A stretch of 64,000 nt of DNA from Deltaproteobacteria bacterium TL4 (GCA_051382335.1 JBBCAX010000010.1:1-64000), one strand, 5' to 3'. Shown: positions 33,726 through 45,085, counted from the first letter of the stretch. Notes: a model not told the origin generated them from the letters alone. Made by a program: numbers and translations.

Positions 33726-35756
33726 TTAGACACTGTCCTTCGACTCATTGTTGCTGGAGAGGACGACATCCATGATCCCCTCCATAACTTCCATTAAATC
33801 AAAATCCTTAGGTGTAAAGATTTTTTTAATTCCTTTTTCCAACAACGATTCGAAATCGTGGTTTGGAATAATCCCTCCCAGGATTACAGGAATGGCCTCT
33901 TTGGCTCCATAACTGTCCAAATCTTCCATCAGTTGACTAACAATTTCGTTATGAGACCCTGAAAGCAGTGAAATGCCAATCACGTCCACATTTTCTTCAA
34001 CGGCGGATTGAACTATTTCTGAGACGCTCAGGCGGATACCAAAATAAATAACATCAAAGCCACAATGACGAGCGGCAACCGCAATCATTTCCGCACCGTT
34101 GGAATGACCATCCAAGCCGGGTTTGCCCACTACAATCCGGGGGCGATGTCCATAAGCCTGAATGAATTGTTCGACCTTTCGACGTACTTTTTCTGTCCCT
34201 TCATTTTCAATTTGTAAGGATTGCCCTTCTACTCCTGTGGGAGGCCGAAATTCCCCAAAAACGTTACGGAGTGCGTCAGACCATTCTCCTGTAGAGACTC
34301 GCGCTTTAGCACATTCAATCGAGGCTTCCATCAAATTAACTCCCTTTTGGGCATCCTCCTTCAAACGTAGCAAACACGCTTTAACTCGTTTTTCATCCCG
34401 TTGGCGTTTTGTATTTTCCAGGGCGGCAAGCGTCTGGCTCGCAGCCTCAAGGTCGACTTTAAACACTCCTCCGTCTTGTCCCTCCAGTAAAGGCGAGGGG
34501 ATTGCCTCAGTCCACATATTACGTCCAACGACAATCAATTCTCCATTATTGATTTTTGAGATCCGAGTCGATTGAGAGGCCACCAGTTGGGATTTCATAT
34601 AACCGGATTTAACGGCTTCAATACCTCCGCCCATCTCCTGGATTTTATCAATTTCCTTGCGAGCATCTTTCTTCAATTGAAGGACTTTTGAGGCAATAAC
34701 AGGGGAGCCGTCAAAAATATCAGGGTATTCCAAAAGGTCTGTTTCGTAGGCCATAATTTGCTGTAAACGCAAAGACCATTGTTGATCCCAAGGGCGGGGC
34801 AAGGAAAGTGCTTCATTCCAGGTCGGTAATTGTAATGCGCGACAGCGGGCATTTCTGCTTAAAGTCACGCCAAGGGATTCCAGAATGATTCGCCAGGCAT
34901 TGTTTTCGGGCTGTTCTTCCGATAATCCGAGAGAATTCACCTGAACACCATAGCGAAAAAGCCGATATTTCGGATTTTCAACTTGATAACGTTCCTGGCA
35001 AATTTCATCCCACAACTCGGTGAACGCCCGCATTTTACACATTTCTTCAATAAAACGCATCCCTGAATTCACAAAGAAGGACATTCGTCCGACGCAGCGT
35101 TCAAAATCCTCTTTTCCAAAACATCCGCGTTTTTGAATCGCGTCCAGAATGGTTATGGCGTTGCACAGCGCAAAGGCCAGTTCCTGAACCGGGGTGGCTC
35201 CTGCCTCTTGTAAATGGTAAGAGCAAATATTGGAAGGATTCCAGTTTGGGATGTGATCCAGGCAATATTCATACATGTCAACGGTCAAACGAATGGAAGC
35301 CTCAGGAGGAAAAACATAGGTTCCCCGTGCCAAAAATTCTTTCATTAAATCATTTTGAGTGGTTCCTTTTAAGGTGGTTGGGACCATTCCCTGTTCTTCG
35401 GCCAAGGCCACATAAAGCGCCAGTAACCACATGGAGGTTCCATTGATGGTCAAGGAAGTGTTCATTTGATCCAAAGGAATCTGATCAAACAAAATCTTCA
35501 TATCGTCCAACGTATTGATGGGGACTCCAACCTTACCAATTTCAGGACGCGCGAGGGGGTGGTCGGAACTGTAACCACATTGAGTTGGCAGATCAAACGC
35601 AATGCTTAAGCCAGTCTGTCCTTTGGCCAAATTTCCGCGGTAAAGCTCATTGGAGGCTTTCACATTGGTATGCCCGGCATAGGTTCTGAAAATCCATGGG
35701 CTGTCTTTGGTGGGATGGTTCTCTTTATCGACCAGTACATGGGCGGATTTTGTCAT
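33726..35756 (-). CDS. ecm: Ethylmalonyl-CoA mutase-like B12 mutase (Ecm/MeaA family)
   Basis: PWIFRTYAGH, NICSYHLQE, RYGVQVNSLGL.E.QPENN, QLP.WNEAL.LPRPWDQQWSLR, GKPGLDGHSNG. Confidence 0.85.
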   Translation of the reverse strand: MTKSAHVLVDKENHPTKDSPWIFRTYAGHTNVKASNELYRGNLAKGQTGLSIAFDLPTQCGYSSDHPLARPEIGKVGVPINTLDDMKILFDQIPLDQMNTSLTINGTSMWLLALYVALAEEQGMVPTTLKGTTQNDLMKEFLARGTYVFPPEASIRLTVDMYEYCLDHIPNWNPSNICSYHLQEAGATPVQELAFALCNAITILDAIQKRGCFGKEDFERCVGRMSFFVNSGMRFIEEMCKMRAFTELWDEICQERYQVENPKYRLFRYGVQVNSLGLSEEQPENNAWRIILESLGVTLSRNARCRALQLPTWNEALSLPRPWDQQWSLRLQQIMAYETDLLEYPDIFDGSPVIASKVLQLKKDARKEIDKIQEMGGGIEAVKSGYMKSQLVASQSTRISKINNGELIVVGRNMWTEAIPSPLLEGQDGGVFKVDLEAASQTLAALENTKRQRDEKRVKACLLRLKEDAQKGVNLMEASIECAKARVSTGEWSDALRNVFGEFRPPTGVEGQSLQIENEGTEKVRRKVEQFIQAYGHRPRIVVGKPGLDGHSNGAEMIAVAARHCGFDVIYFGIRLSVSEIVQSAVEENVDVIGISLLSGSHNEIVSQLMEDLDSYGAKEAIPVILGGIIPNHDFESLLEKGIKKIFTPKDFDLMEVMEGIMDVVLSSNNESKDSV

Positions 35757-35870
35757 GTTAACTCCTGAACTCTATATCCTGAATCTTAATAATAACTGGT
35801 CAGTGGGAGATTTGATTTTAATAAACTGAGTAAAATCATTGCTTAACTCTTCTCTAAGAACTCAAGCACC

Positions 35871-38348
35871 CTATCGTATTTCCCGCTGAGAGTCCAGATC
35901 ATTGATTGAAGGTTCTGCTTCCGCAATCGTGTAAGGCAGAAATTTCATCATTTCTGAAATGAGATCCGCACTACTGACCGGTTTACTCAAATAGGAATCA
36001 CAGTACGAGCGTATTCTTACTTCATCTTCTTTCATCGCAGCCGCAGTCACGGCAATCAAGGGAATATGTTTAAATTTCTCATCGTTTTTAAGCAGGGACG
36101 CTACCTCATAACCATCCATTTCAGGCATTCGAATATCCAGCAAAATCAACTGTGGATGATGGATTTTAACTTGTTCAATGACTTCTTTACCTGTTTCTGC
36201 TTCCAACAGGTTAAAGTTGTAATTTTCCAAATATCCCAATAAAACCATTCGGTTCACTTCAACATCATCAGCAATCAAAATGGTACTTTTTTCAAAGCAT
36301 ATTGAATCAGGGTCAATGGCTTTATGCTGATTGGCGTTCAAGGTCCTTACGGAGGAGACCTCTACATTTCTGAGCATAATATTGAAGGTTGTGCCTTTTC
36401 CAATTTCACTGTTGACACTGATTTCGCCATTCATCATTTCAATCAAACGTTTGGAAATTGCCAGGCCTAGTCCTGTGCCTCCATACTGGGAAACCTTTTG
36501 ATTTTTTGCTTGGGTAAAAACGCCAAAGATGGATTTGAGCTGGTCTTTTTCAAGGCCTATGCCTGTATCTTTGACGGAAAAAATAAAATCCAGAGTACTC
36601 TGGTGACTATCATAGATATAATGATAATCTGCGGCTAATGTGATCGTACCCTGATGCGTGAATTTAATCGCGTTTCCAATCAGATTGAGGAGAATCTGAC
36701 GTAAGCGGGTTTCGTCCAACAGCAGTGCATAAGGGAAGTTTTTCGGGATGTCAATGTTCAACGTCAAGCCTTTGGCCTCTATACTTTGACCAAAAATGGT
36801 TTTCATTTCGTGGAATAACTGGTGGGGAGACACTTGGGTATATTCCAACGTTAACTTACCCGCTTCAACTTTGGAAAGATCCAGGATATCATTGATCAAA
36901 CAGAGCAAAGTATTTCCACTGGGGTGAACAGAATCAAGATAGTGAATGAGCTGAGGTTCCTGGATTTTAGATTTTAGGATTTCCGTTAAACCCAGAATAG
37001 CGTTCATGGGTGTGCGAATTTCGTGAGACATGTTTGCCAGAAACAAACTCTTTGTTTGGTTGGCATTTTCTGCGGCTTCCTTTGCTTTGGACAACTCCAA
37101 GGCTTGTTTTTCTAAATGTTGAGTACGTTCAATCACCAGCTCTTCAAGGTGATTGCTGTGTCTTTTCAAGGTTTGCTCTGCTTCTTTACTCTCCGTAATA
37201 TCACGAACCGTCGCTTGAAAAAGGGTCTCGTTTCCCAATTTCAACCGGGTCAACAGAACCGTGGCATAAAAGGCTTCACCATTCATTCGCTGGTGCCGCC
37301 ACTCGAAGAAGTGAGAGCCCTTCTCCATGGCGATCTTCTTCATCTGTAAGAACTTTTCTGAAGAGCGAATTCCCTCAGGTTGATAGTCGGGAGATAAATC
37401 AACAGGATTTAAAGCCGTAAATTGCGCCTCATCCATGCAGCCAAAAAGTTTGATGGTTGCAGGGTTCCCCTTAAGGTACCGTTCATCAGGGTGGAGGATC
37501 ATTATAGCGTCCATCGAAGTTTCAAAGAGGTAGCGGTATTTTTCTTCACTGCGTCTTAGCTGATCTTCAACGGCTTTGTTCTCAGTCACAGAAACGTGAA
37601 GTTTTTTTGCCATGGTACTGAACGCGTTTTCCAGAATTTTCAGTTCATGACGTCCCTGTGTTTTGACATCAAAGGTAAACTGTTGCAGATTATCCAGAGT
37701 GAGTTGTTCTGCCGCCGAGGCCAACCGCGCAAGCGGACGACTTAAGACAACACGTCCGACCCACAAAAAAATAATCCACAAGGCCATCGTTTTTATGACG
37801 GAATTGATCAGGATGAAAACAAAACCATATTGAACCTTTTTCAATACAATCCCTGAACTGGAGTAAATCGTAGCTATCCCAAGGTTATTCGCGGTTTTTG
37901 AGCCAGAGCCCTTGTATTTGATCACAAATTCATGTCCAAACAACCTTGAAAAAGCGCCTGTCTCCTTCGTCGAAACCTGATCTCCTTCAAGGGTGATGGT
38001 TGTTGCGTTTCCTTGTTGATTGAGAATCGATCCTACTCCAAAGATCCCACCACTTGGGATCTCAATCTTAATACCCACAATAACGGGTATTTTCAACACG
38101 CCTTCCAGGGTGAAATTGATTTGTTGGGTATTCAGATCCCACATCGCCTGAGCCAGACCTCCTTCAAAGGTATTTTGAAAGAGGCGAAGCTCCTGAACTA
38201 CCTGTTCTTTCTCATTGTAATATTCAGCCACCATGTGTATCAGCGTGACCGCGATGGCGATCAGGAGATAGAGGGAAAACACAATTTTCAAGAGATACGT
38301 AGCAATTGAGTCTCTGATATGAACCGGAGAAGATTCGATTTTACTCAT
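35871..38348 (-). CDS. Membrane hybrid histidine kinase (sensor, HAMP, PAS, HK, REC)
   Basis: Two TM segments, FLANMSHEIRTPMN, GGTGLGL, ILIADD...LDIRMP. Confidence 0.92.
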   Translation of the reverse strand: MSKIESSPVHIRDSIATYLLKIVFSLYLLIAIAVTLIHMVAEYYNEKEQVVQELRLFQNTFEGGLAQAMWDLNTQQINFTLEGVLKIPVIVGIKIEIPSGGIFGVGSILNQQGNATTITLEGDQVSTKETGAFSRLFGHEFVIKYKGSGSKTANNLGIATIYSSSGIVLKKVQYGFVFILINSVIKTMALWIIFLWVGRVVLSRPLARLASAAEQLTLDNLQQFTFDVKTQGRHELKILENAFSTMAKKLHVSVTENKAVEDQLRRSEEKYRYLFETSMDAIMILHPDERYLKGNPATIKLFGCMDEAQFTALNPVDLSPDYQPEGIRSSEKFLQMKKIAMEKGSHFFEWRHQRMNGEAFYATVLLTRLKLGNETLFQATVRDITESKEAEQTLKRHSNHLEELVIERTQHLEKQALELSKAKEAAENANQTKSLFLANMSHEIRTPMNAILGLTEILKSKIQEPQLIHYLDSVHPSGNTLLCLINDILDLSKVEAGKLTLEYTQVSPHQLFHEMKTIFGQSIEAKGLTLNIDIPKNFPYALLLDETRLRQILLNLIGNAIKFTHQGTITLAADYHYIYDSHQSTLDFIFSVKDTGIGLEKDQLKSIFGVFTQAKNQKVSQYGGTGLGLAISKRLIEMMNGEISVNSEIGKGTTFNIMLRNVEVSSVRTLNANQHKAIDPDSICFEKSTILIADDVEVNRMVLLGYLENYNFNLLEAETGKEVIEQVKIHHPQLILLDIRMPEMDGYEVASLLKNDEKFKHIPLIAVTAAAMKEDEVRIRSYCDSYLSKPVSSADLISEMMKFLPYTIAEAEPSINDLDSQREIR

Positions 38349-38415
38349 TTTATTTCATGCTCTCTGTAGCCCACCGGCAAAAGTGGAGGATGATCATCGA
38401 TACCTGAGTTGTGAC

Positions 38416-40251
38416 TTAAAATCTATAGGTTCCAGCCAGAATCTCCTTGTAGCGTGCTGGAGTCAGAGGGACATAGTTCTTCGTTTGAGGAAGCATGACA
38501 TAGACCTTATCTTTGAGGGTCGTGACATCATACCCTTCTTTTTTCAAGTCGACTTTTCGATGTTTAAAAGTACCTGTGATTTCAAGTTCTTTTTGAAATC
38601 TCAAGAAGACAGGAACCGCATAAGGAGGCAGTTCTTTGTGAAGCAGGTTTTCAAATTTGCCAAAGTCAAATTCATCAAACGGAACTTTAAGGACCAACGC
38701 TGCCATTCCAGCTCTTCCATTGGCACCAGGAATTTCAACCCCATAAATGGTGGAGGCCTCTACGGCTTCAAAAAGATTACAAACTTCATCCACTTCTGTG
38801 GTGGATACGTTTTCAGACTTCCAGCGGAAGGTATCGCCGACACGGTCCACAAATTGTGCATGAAAAAATCCTTGATCCTTGAGTAAATCCCCTGAGTTGA
38901 ACCATATATCTCCAGGTCTGAAGACGTTTCTTAAAAGTTTTTTCTCACTGGCTGCGGGATCGGTGTAGCCATCAAACGCAAATTTTTCACTGACTTCACC
39001 CAAGAGCAACCCGACTTCTCCTTTGGCAACCTTGATCAGATGTCCCTTGGAATCCTTGATAGGTTCATCGGCGTCAATATCATATTTGACAAGGGCATAA
39101 GGTGCGGGACAGAGTCCCACGGTGCAATCCAGGTTAAGTAAATTAATAAATAGAATATTCCCTTCACTTGCGCCATAAAGCTCATAGACTTCGGTGATGC
39201 CAAAACGTTGTTTGAACTTTTTCCAAATATCAGGACGTAAGCCATTGCCAATCATTTTGCTGATGGGATTATTGGCATCGTCAAGTTTCACCGGTTGATT
39301 GATGAGATAGCGGCACAATTCGCCGATATAGCAAAAAATGTTGGCATTAAATTTACGCGTATCGTCCCAAAACTGACTTGCGCTGAATTTACGTCTCATC
39401 GCGATCGCGGCTCCTCTTGCGGCAAGTCCGGACCAGGCAACGGTTAAAGCGGTATTGTGATAGAGTGGCAAGGGAGCGTAAAGAATATCTGTGGGCTTGA
39501 GATCCAAACAAACCATGCCAAACGCGGCAGCGGCTTTTATCCACCGAAAGTTTGTCATGATCGAGGCTTTAGGTAAGCCTGTGGTTCCTGAGGTATAAAC
39601 ATAAAAACAAGGATCTTTAAGCATCACATTTTTTGTTGTGGAAGGATTGCTCGTAGGGCTTTCCTTTGAGATTTTTTCGAGATCCTTGTATCCTTTGGGG
39701 GCGTCCTTTTCACCATGATCCGGAATAAAAAAGACAGGTTGTTTGGGGGTCAGGTTCAATTCGGGTTTAATCTCTTCAAAAGCGTCAACCAGTTCTTCTC
39801 CAATAATAAACATCTTCGGATGACTTAACTTGAAACTATGAACCAACGCTCTTTGACGCTGATTATAGTTAATCAAGGCGGCAATGGCACCAATTTTGGC
39901 TAGTGCTCCCACACAAACCAGTATCTCAGGACGATTTTCGATTAAAACGGCAACAGAATCCCCTTTCTTCAACCCTTGCTCAATGAAATAATTGGCATAA
40001 CGATTGACCCATTCATTGTATTCACCATGCGTATATCGTTTCTCTTCAAAAAGAATCGCTGTTTGTGAGGGATACCGACTGGCATTGCGCTCAATGTAAG
40101 TCCCAATCGATTTCGTGATGGTTTTATCGGTGATCTTGACATCCAGAAGCGCCTCAATAATGGAAGGCAGTTTCCCTAAAAATAAGCGGGTGTTGTTGAT
40201 CGTCGTCGGAAGGTTATCCATTAATCTTTGTACATCCATAGAGTTCTCCAT
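38416..40251 (-). CDS. Very-long/long-chain acyl-CoA synthetase (FATP/FadD6-like)
   Basis: YTSGTTGLPKA, YIGELCRYL, GNGLRP, DRVGDTFRWK.ENVST. Confidence 0.92.
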   Translation of the reverse strand: MENSMDVQRLMDNLPTTINNTRLFLGKLPSIIEALLDVKITDKTITKSIGTYIERNASRYPSQTAILFEEKRYTHGEYNEWVNRYANYFIEQGLKKGDSVAVLIENRPEILVCVGALAKIGAIAALINYNQRQRALVHSFKLSHPKMFIIGEELVDAFEEIKPELNLTPKQPVFFIPDHGEKDAPKGYKDLEKISKESPTSNPSTTKNVMLKDPCFYVYTSGTTGLPKASIMTNFRWIKAAAAFGMVCLDLKPTDILYAPLPLYHNTALTVAWSGLAARGAAIAMRRKFSASQFWDDTRKFNANIFCYIGELCRYLINQPVKLDDANNPISKMIGNGLRPDIWKKFKQRFGITEVYELYGASEGNILFINLLNLDCTVGLCPAPYALVKYDIDADEPIKDSKGHLIKVAKGEVGLLLGEVSEKFAFDGYTDPAASEKKLLRNVFRPGDIWFNSGDLLKDQGFFHAQFVDRVGDTFRWKSENVSTTEVDEVCNLFEAVEASTIYGVEIPGANGRAGMAALVLKVPFDEFDFGKFENLLHKELPPYAVPVFLRFQKELEITGTFKHRKVDLKKEGYDVTTLKDKVYVMLPQTKNYVPLTPARYKEILAGTYRF

Positions 40252-40617
40252 TCTTATCCGTCTGAAAGGGGTGGTATGGCATCAATTATCTATCTTTTTG
40301 GGGGGAGCCTGAATTTTTATTATGAGATTTTAGAAAGAAGTACAACACTTTTGTTCATACTTCCATCGCGTCAGGTTTTGTGTTACTTCAAAGCCTGGAT
40401 TACCGTTCCTACTCAACAACATCAAAAACAGGACACACCCCTATTGAATGATTATAGAATTGCGGTTCGTTACCTCGAAAGTACATCTGAGTGAAAAAAT
40501 AATGCTAATTTCATTGAGGTATTTTGATAAACACGATAGTATGTTGATCCATAATTTAACTTATGAAGTTTGAGTTTGATTTTCCTCCATCCAAACCATT
40601 TCCACAAAACCTCTGTT

Positions 40618-43146
40618 ATGAGCATAAGAAACAAACTGATCTTATATCTGCTTTTGATTTCAAGCATTCCCCTTGTAATTTTTGGTCTCATTGAGACTCA
40701 GCAAATTCAAAGAGTGCTTTCCCGTCAAGTAGCTGAAAGTACCTTAGAAACGCTCCATTTATTTAGAGCAAGCGTCAATGTCTTTATTTATGGCAAGTTA
40801 GAAAACATTCGACTATGGGCTAAAGACAAAGATTTCCGCACATTGATTTCTAATCATGACCGATCAGCGATTATCTCATTTAGCGAGGACTGGTTGAAGA
40901 AGCATCAGGAATATACCTTTGCCTCATACATTACTTCTCGTGGAGAACTCGTAACAACCTTTCCTTTAAATAGGCTGAAGAGTTCTAAGTTGGATCTTGG
41001 TTCCTTGGGAAAAGCCTTGACAGGAGAGGAAACGTTTTCCGATCAGATCGTATTTAACGAAATTACGATGAAACATGAATTGTACGTTTATGAACCTATA
41101 TTTGAGGAAAATTCTGCCACTCGTGTGCTTGGTGTTTTGATCGTTGGTTTGAGTTGGGAGATCGTAACCAACATGATTTCAGGATTGATGAACCATAATA
41201 TCGCAAATCATTTCATGTTATTTGATCAAACAGGGCTTGCCATTTCCGGTTATAACAAAGATAGGTTTGGGGGTAACCTGATTGAAGAAGGGGTGTTGTC
41301 CGCAAGGAAGGCGGTAGAAGGTCAAGAAGGATACTTGATCGAGAATACAGAGCATGATGTTCTCTCATTTACAGTCTATACGTTTTTCAACCGTTATCGT
41401 GATATGCCTCAATTGAAATGGTATTTGAGTTTTTATCAAGATCCTGAGAGGATCTTTGATTTGATCAGACAGCAATATCAACTGATATTGTTCCAACTTT
41501 TGATCAGTCTGGTCACATTGACTGTGATTTCAATTGTTATTGGCAGAAAGATTGGAAATCCTATCCTTCAAATCGCTCAATCGGCCCAAAAGATAGGAAA
41601 AGGAGATTTTACCCACAAAGTACCGTATCAATCCCAAGATGAAATTGGTATCCTCTCTAAAGCCTTCAATAAAATGGTTGATAATCTGTATTCGGCCAAC
41701 AGAGAGTTAAAGTATGCCAAAGAAAAAGCTGAGTTTGCCAACCAGTCAAAAACTTATTTCCTTGCCAATGTCAGTCATGAAATCCGCACCCCCTTGAATG
41801 CCATTAGCGGCTTCAGTCAAATCATAATGAATCATACCCAATCCATGGCATTACCTCCAGACATGCTGCAGTACCTTAAAAATATCCACATCAGCACTCA
41901 GAATCTTTCCGAGTTAATCAATAACGTTTTGGATCTTTCCAAAATTGAAGCGGGTAAGATGTCTCTTCATTACGAGGATCTGAATCTAAAAATCATGATA
42001 CAAAGCCTATTTCAAATTCACAAAGCACAAGCCGCTCAAAAAGGAATTACGTTAAACTATAAGCTTGAACCTCAAGTTCCCACAATCATCCATTCTGACC
42101 GGACCAAAATCAATCAGTTTTTAATTAATTTGCTGAATAACGCCATTAAATTTACACCCACAGGTAAGGAAATACAGTTCAATACCCTATTGGAAAATAA
42201 CCTGCTGGTGTTTCAAATAATTGATAAGGGGATTGGAATTCCAGAAAATCGCTTGGAAGCCATTTTTGAAGCATTCGAACAAGCGGACAATACAATAACA
42301 CGAAAATATGGCGGAACGGGATTGGGATTGGCGATAACAAAGCAGATCATAGCCCTTCTCGGCGGTACAATCCATGTGGAAAGTCTCCAAGGTCAAGGAT
42401 CAACGTTTACCGTCAAAATTCCTCTGATCTCTGCTGTACATCAAAATTTGGCGGAAGAACAAGTAAAGTTTGAAAAAATAGCATTTAGTCCTGAAAATGT
42501 GATTTTGGTTGTTGAAGACCATGCGCTGAATCAGGAAGTGATTAAAACGCTATTCAAAGAACTTAAGCTAGAGATCCATCTCGCAAATAATGGGATTGAA
42601 GCCATTAATATGGTCAAAACCTTACATACCAGGCAGCAAATTCCGGATCTTATCTTAATGGACTTGCACATGCCGGAAATGGATGGAGCTCAAGCGATCA
42701 AAAATCTTCGTCAGATTCCAGAATTTTCAGAGATTCCGATTGTGTTGTTATCCGCGGATATTTTTTACGACCAAGACAAATTTGAAGGGGTCAACGATTT
42801 TTTAAATAAGCCCATTGAATTCAACGAATTAATCCAGGTATTGACTCGATACTTGCGTCGCGAGGCACATGCGGCACCTGCTGAAATCTCAGTCAAAGAT
42901 CCTCTTCCTGATTCAGTGGAACAAGACTTGTTAGAAAAGCTGGAATATATTTTTACTATTCCCATCTATTATCCGGAAAAAATTCTGGAGACTTTGGAAG
43001 AAATGCAATCGTTATGTGCACCCTATCAATCAAAATACACGCCATTGATTGAAAAACTCATGCAGCTGGCATTTGCTTCGGATGAAACAAATCTCAGAAA
43101 CTTTATAGAAGAGATAACCGATGGGAAAAATTCTGATAGTCGATGA
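40618..43146 (+). CDS. Membrane hybrid histidine kinase (Cache-like, HAMP, HK, REC)
   Basis: Two TM segments, DEIG.L..AFN.M HAMP, SHEIRTPLN, TRKYGGTGLGL, DLILMDLHMP. Confidence 0.92.
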   Translation: MSIRNKLILYLLLISSIPLVIFGLIETQQIQRVLSRQVAESTLETLHLFRASVNVFIYGKLENIRLWAKDKDFRTLISNHDRSAIISFSEDWLKKHQEYTFASYITSRGELVTTFPLNRLKSSKLDLGSLGKALTGEETFSDQIVFNEITMKHELYVYEPIFEENSATRVLGVLIVGLSWEIVTNMISGLMNHNIANHFMLFDQTGLAISGYNKDRFGGNLIEEGVLSARKAVEGQEGYLIENTEHDVLSFTVYTFFNRYRDMPQLKWYLSFYQDPERIFDLIRQQYQLILFQLLISLVTLTVISIVIGRKIGNPILQIAQSAQKIGKGDFTHKVPYQSQDEIGILSKAFNKMVDNLYSANRELKYAKEKAEFANQSKTYFLANVSHEIRTPLNAISGFSQIIMNHTQSMALPPDMLQYLKNIHISTQNLSELINNVLDLSKIEAGKMSLHYEDLNLKIMIQSLFQIHKAQAAQKGITLNYKLEPQVPTIIHSDRTKINQFLINLLNNAIKFTPTGKEIQFNTLLENNLLVFQIIDKGIGIPENRLEAIFEAFEQADNTITRKYGGTGLGLAITKQIIALLGGTIHVESLQGQGSTFTVKIPLISAVHQNLAEEQVKFEKIAFSPENVILVVEDHALNQEVIKTLFKELKLEIHLANNGIEAINMVKTLHTRQQIPDLILMDLHMPEMDGAQAIKNLRQIPEFSEIPIVLLSADIFYDQDKFEGVNDFLNKPIEFNELIQVLTRYLRREAHAAPAEISVKDPLPDSVEQDLLEKLEYIFTIPIYYPEKILETLEEMQSLCAPYQSKYTPLIEKLMQLAFASDETNLRNFIEEITDGKNSDSR

Positions 43147-44266
43147 TGATCCTCAAGTGTTTCAACATTTAAGAGCCTTACTTCAGCAATATGGCTATGA
43201 ATACGGTTTCATCACGCATCCTAAATATGTCTTCCAGCGCTTGGAGGACGATGCCTTTGATTTGATCCTGCTCGATCTCAATATGCCGGAAATTGGAGGG
43301 ATTACGATTCTGAAACAATTGAAGGAAGCCCCAAAGTTTCAAGCCATTCCTGTGATTATTCTGACTGGTGAATCCGATAGTATCTTGTTACAGGAATGTT
43401 TTGAGTTTGGAGCGATTGACTTCATTAACAAACCCATTGACGAGATTATTCTTCGGTCCCGTATTAAATCTGCCATGGCCACACAGGGATATATTCGTCA
43501 GTTGGAAGATGAAATCATCAAACGGAAGCGACTGGAAAAATATTTAAGGCAGTCTGAAAAAATGGAAGCGATTCGAACACTGTCAGGAGGCATCGCGCAT
43601 GAGTATAATAATATGCTTTTTTCAATTCTGGGCTATGCCCAACTGTTAACAGAAGACACTCCTAAAGAAATGACAACCGCTCATGATAGTCTCCGCAGAA
43701 TTATTCACATGGCACGGCGTGCCCAGAAACTCACCGCTCAAATTCTTGCGTTCAGTCGTTACGGCCAAGCAAAGCTACATGCCTGTCCTATAATCGAGGT
43801 CATTAAAGACGCAATAGATTACATCTCTGTGACGTTGGAACCGAATGTAAGACTTGAATATGAGAGCCAGATTATGGAAGGTTCTATTATGGCGGTTCCA
43901 TCTCAAATTAGTCAGTTATTAACCAATCTTTGCGCCAATGCCTGTTATGCGATGAAAGATTCTGGCGGGGATTTAACGATAGGTTTGAATGTAATTAAAC
44001 TAAATCGAAACGAATTATCTTCTCCTGAGATGGAAGAAGGCGATTATTTTGAATTGACCGTCACGGACACGGGATGCGGAATAGCTGAGGATCAATTAGA
44101 CCATATTTTCAATCCTTTTTTTACCACAAAACCCGTAGGACAAGGCACAGGTATGGGATTGTCTGTGGTTCATGGAATTGTCGAACATCACAGGGGTCAC
44201 ATTTCCGTAAAAAGCGTCTTGAACGAAGGCTCAAGTTTTACTATCCTATTTCCAAAGAATGGGTAA
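43121..44266 (+). CDS. Cytoplasmic receiver-histidine kinase
   Basis: N-terminal REC (DLILLDLNMP), GGIAHEYNN, FFTTKPVGQGTGMGL. Confidence 0.9.
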   Translation: MGKILIVDDDPQVFQHLRALLQQYGYEYGFITHPKYVFQRLEDDAFDLILLDLNMPEIGGITILKQLKEAPKFQAIPVIILTGESDSILLQECFEFGAIDFINKPIDEIILRSRIKSAMATQGYIRQLEDEIIKRKRLEKYLRQSEKMEAIRTLSGGIAHEYNNMLFSILGYAQLLTEDTPKEMTTAHDSLRRIIHMARRAQKLTAQILAFSRYGQAKLHACPIIEVIKDAIDYISVTLEPNVRLEYESQIMEGSIMAVPSQISQLLTNLCANACYAMKDSGGDLTIGLNVIKLNRNELSSPEMEEGDYFELTVTDTGCGIAEDQLDHIFNPFFTTKPVGQGTGMGLSVVHGIVEHHRGHISVKSVLNEGSSFTILFPKNG

Positions 44267-44482
44267 TCAGATGAGGAGTTTTTGTTGATATTGGAAAACG
44301 CTATCAAAATGCCTTAAAAGACTTTTGGTTAAGGTTTTCAAAATACTGATGCAAAAGCACGTTCTTTGCATTTCCTTGGCTGAGCAGACCTGTGCTTTTC
44401 ATAATGCAGTGGGATTGGCTCTCAATTCATAAGTCCAACTATGAATTCACTTCCAAATATTTAAACTTTAAAACGTGGGGTA

Positions 44483-45085
44483 ATGATGTCCCTGATGATC
44501 AAAACAGGAGAGCGCTTTGAGTTGAACCCAAAGGAACAGGATCTCTCTAAAGTTACCATAGGTTTTGGCTGGAAAGCTCATAAGCAAGGCGGCTTTTTGA
44601 AGAATCTGCTTAAAGGGGAGGGAGAATGTGATCTTGATGCGGCTGCGATTTTATTGAATCAAAAGAACAAGCTCGAGCAGGAAGATGACGTGATCTATTT
44701 TGGTAATCTGCATTCTTATACTGGAAATGTTTACCATACGGGAGACAGTGTTGATGGCAAAGGGAAAGGGCATGATGAAGCGATTATCGCGGATCTGATC
44801 AAACTTCCGGAAAACTACAAAAAAATAATATTGGCGATTGTCATCAATAAGGCTACCGAACGACAGCAGAACTTTGGGATGCTGGATACCGCGTTTATTG
44901 AGCTGCTTGATGGTAAAAATACGAAATTGGTGAACTACCAGTTTATTACTTCGGAAACGGATCAAGAGAGCGTTTCCATGCTGGCGGGAGAACTTGTGCG
45001 TCAAGGGAAAACATGGCAATTTAACGCCTTAGGAAAAACCTTATCGGCAAAAAGAATTTCTTCAATTGCCGCTCAATTCGCCTGA
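44483..45085 (+). CDS. TerD-family stress protein
   Basis: GFGW, DLDAAA, IYFGNL, HTGD..DG.G...DE, W.F.ALG. Confidence 0.88.
   Translation: MMSLMIKTGERFELNPKEQDLSKVTIGFGWKAHKQGGFLKNLLKGEGECDLDAAAILLNQKNKLEQEDDVIYFGNLHSYTGNVYHTGDSVDGKGKGHDEAIIADLIKLPENYKKIILAIVINKATERQQNFGMLDTAFIELLDGKNTKLVNYQFITSETDQESVSMLAGELVRQGKTWQFNALGKTLSAKRISSIAAQFA

Noticed and set aside
35757..35870. Cobalamin riboswitch upstream of the B12 mutase operon
   Set aside because: The gap is only about 110 bp and AT-rich, with no recognisable B12-box or conserved core.
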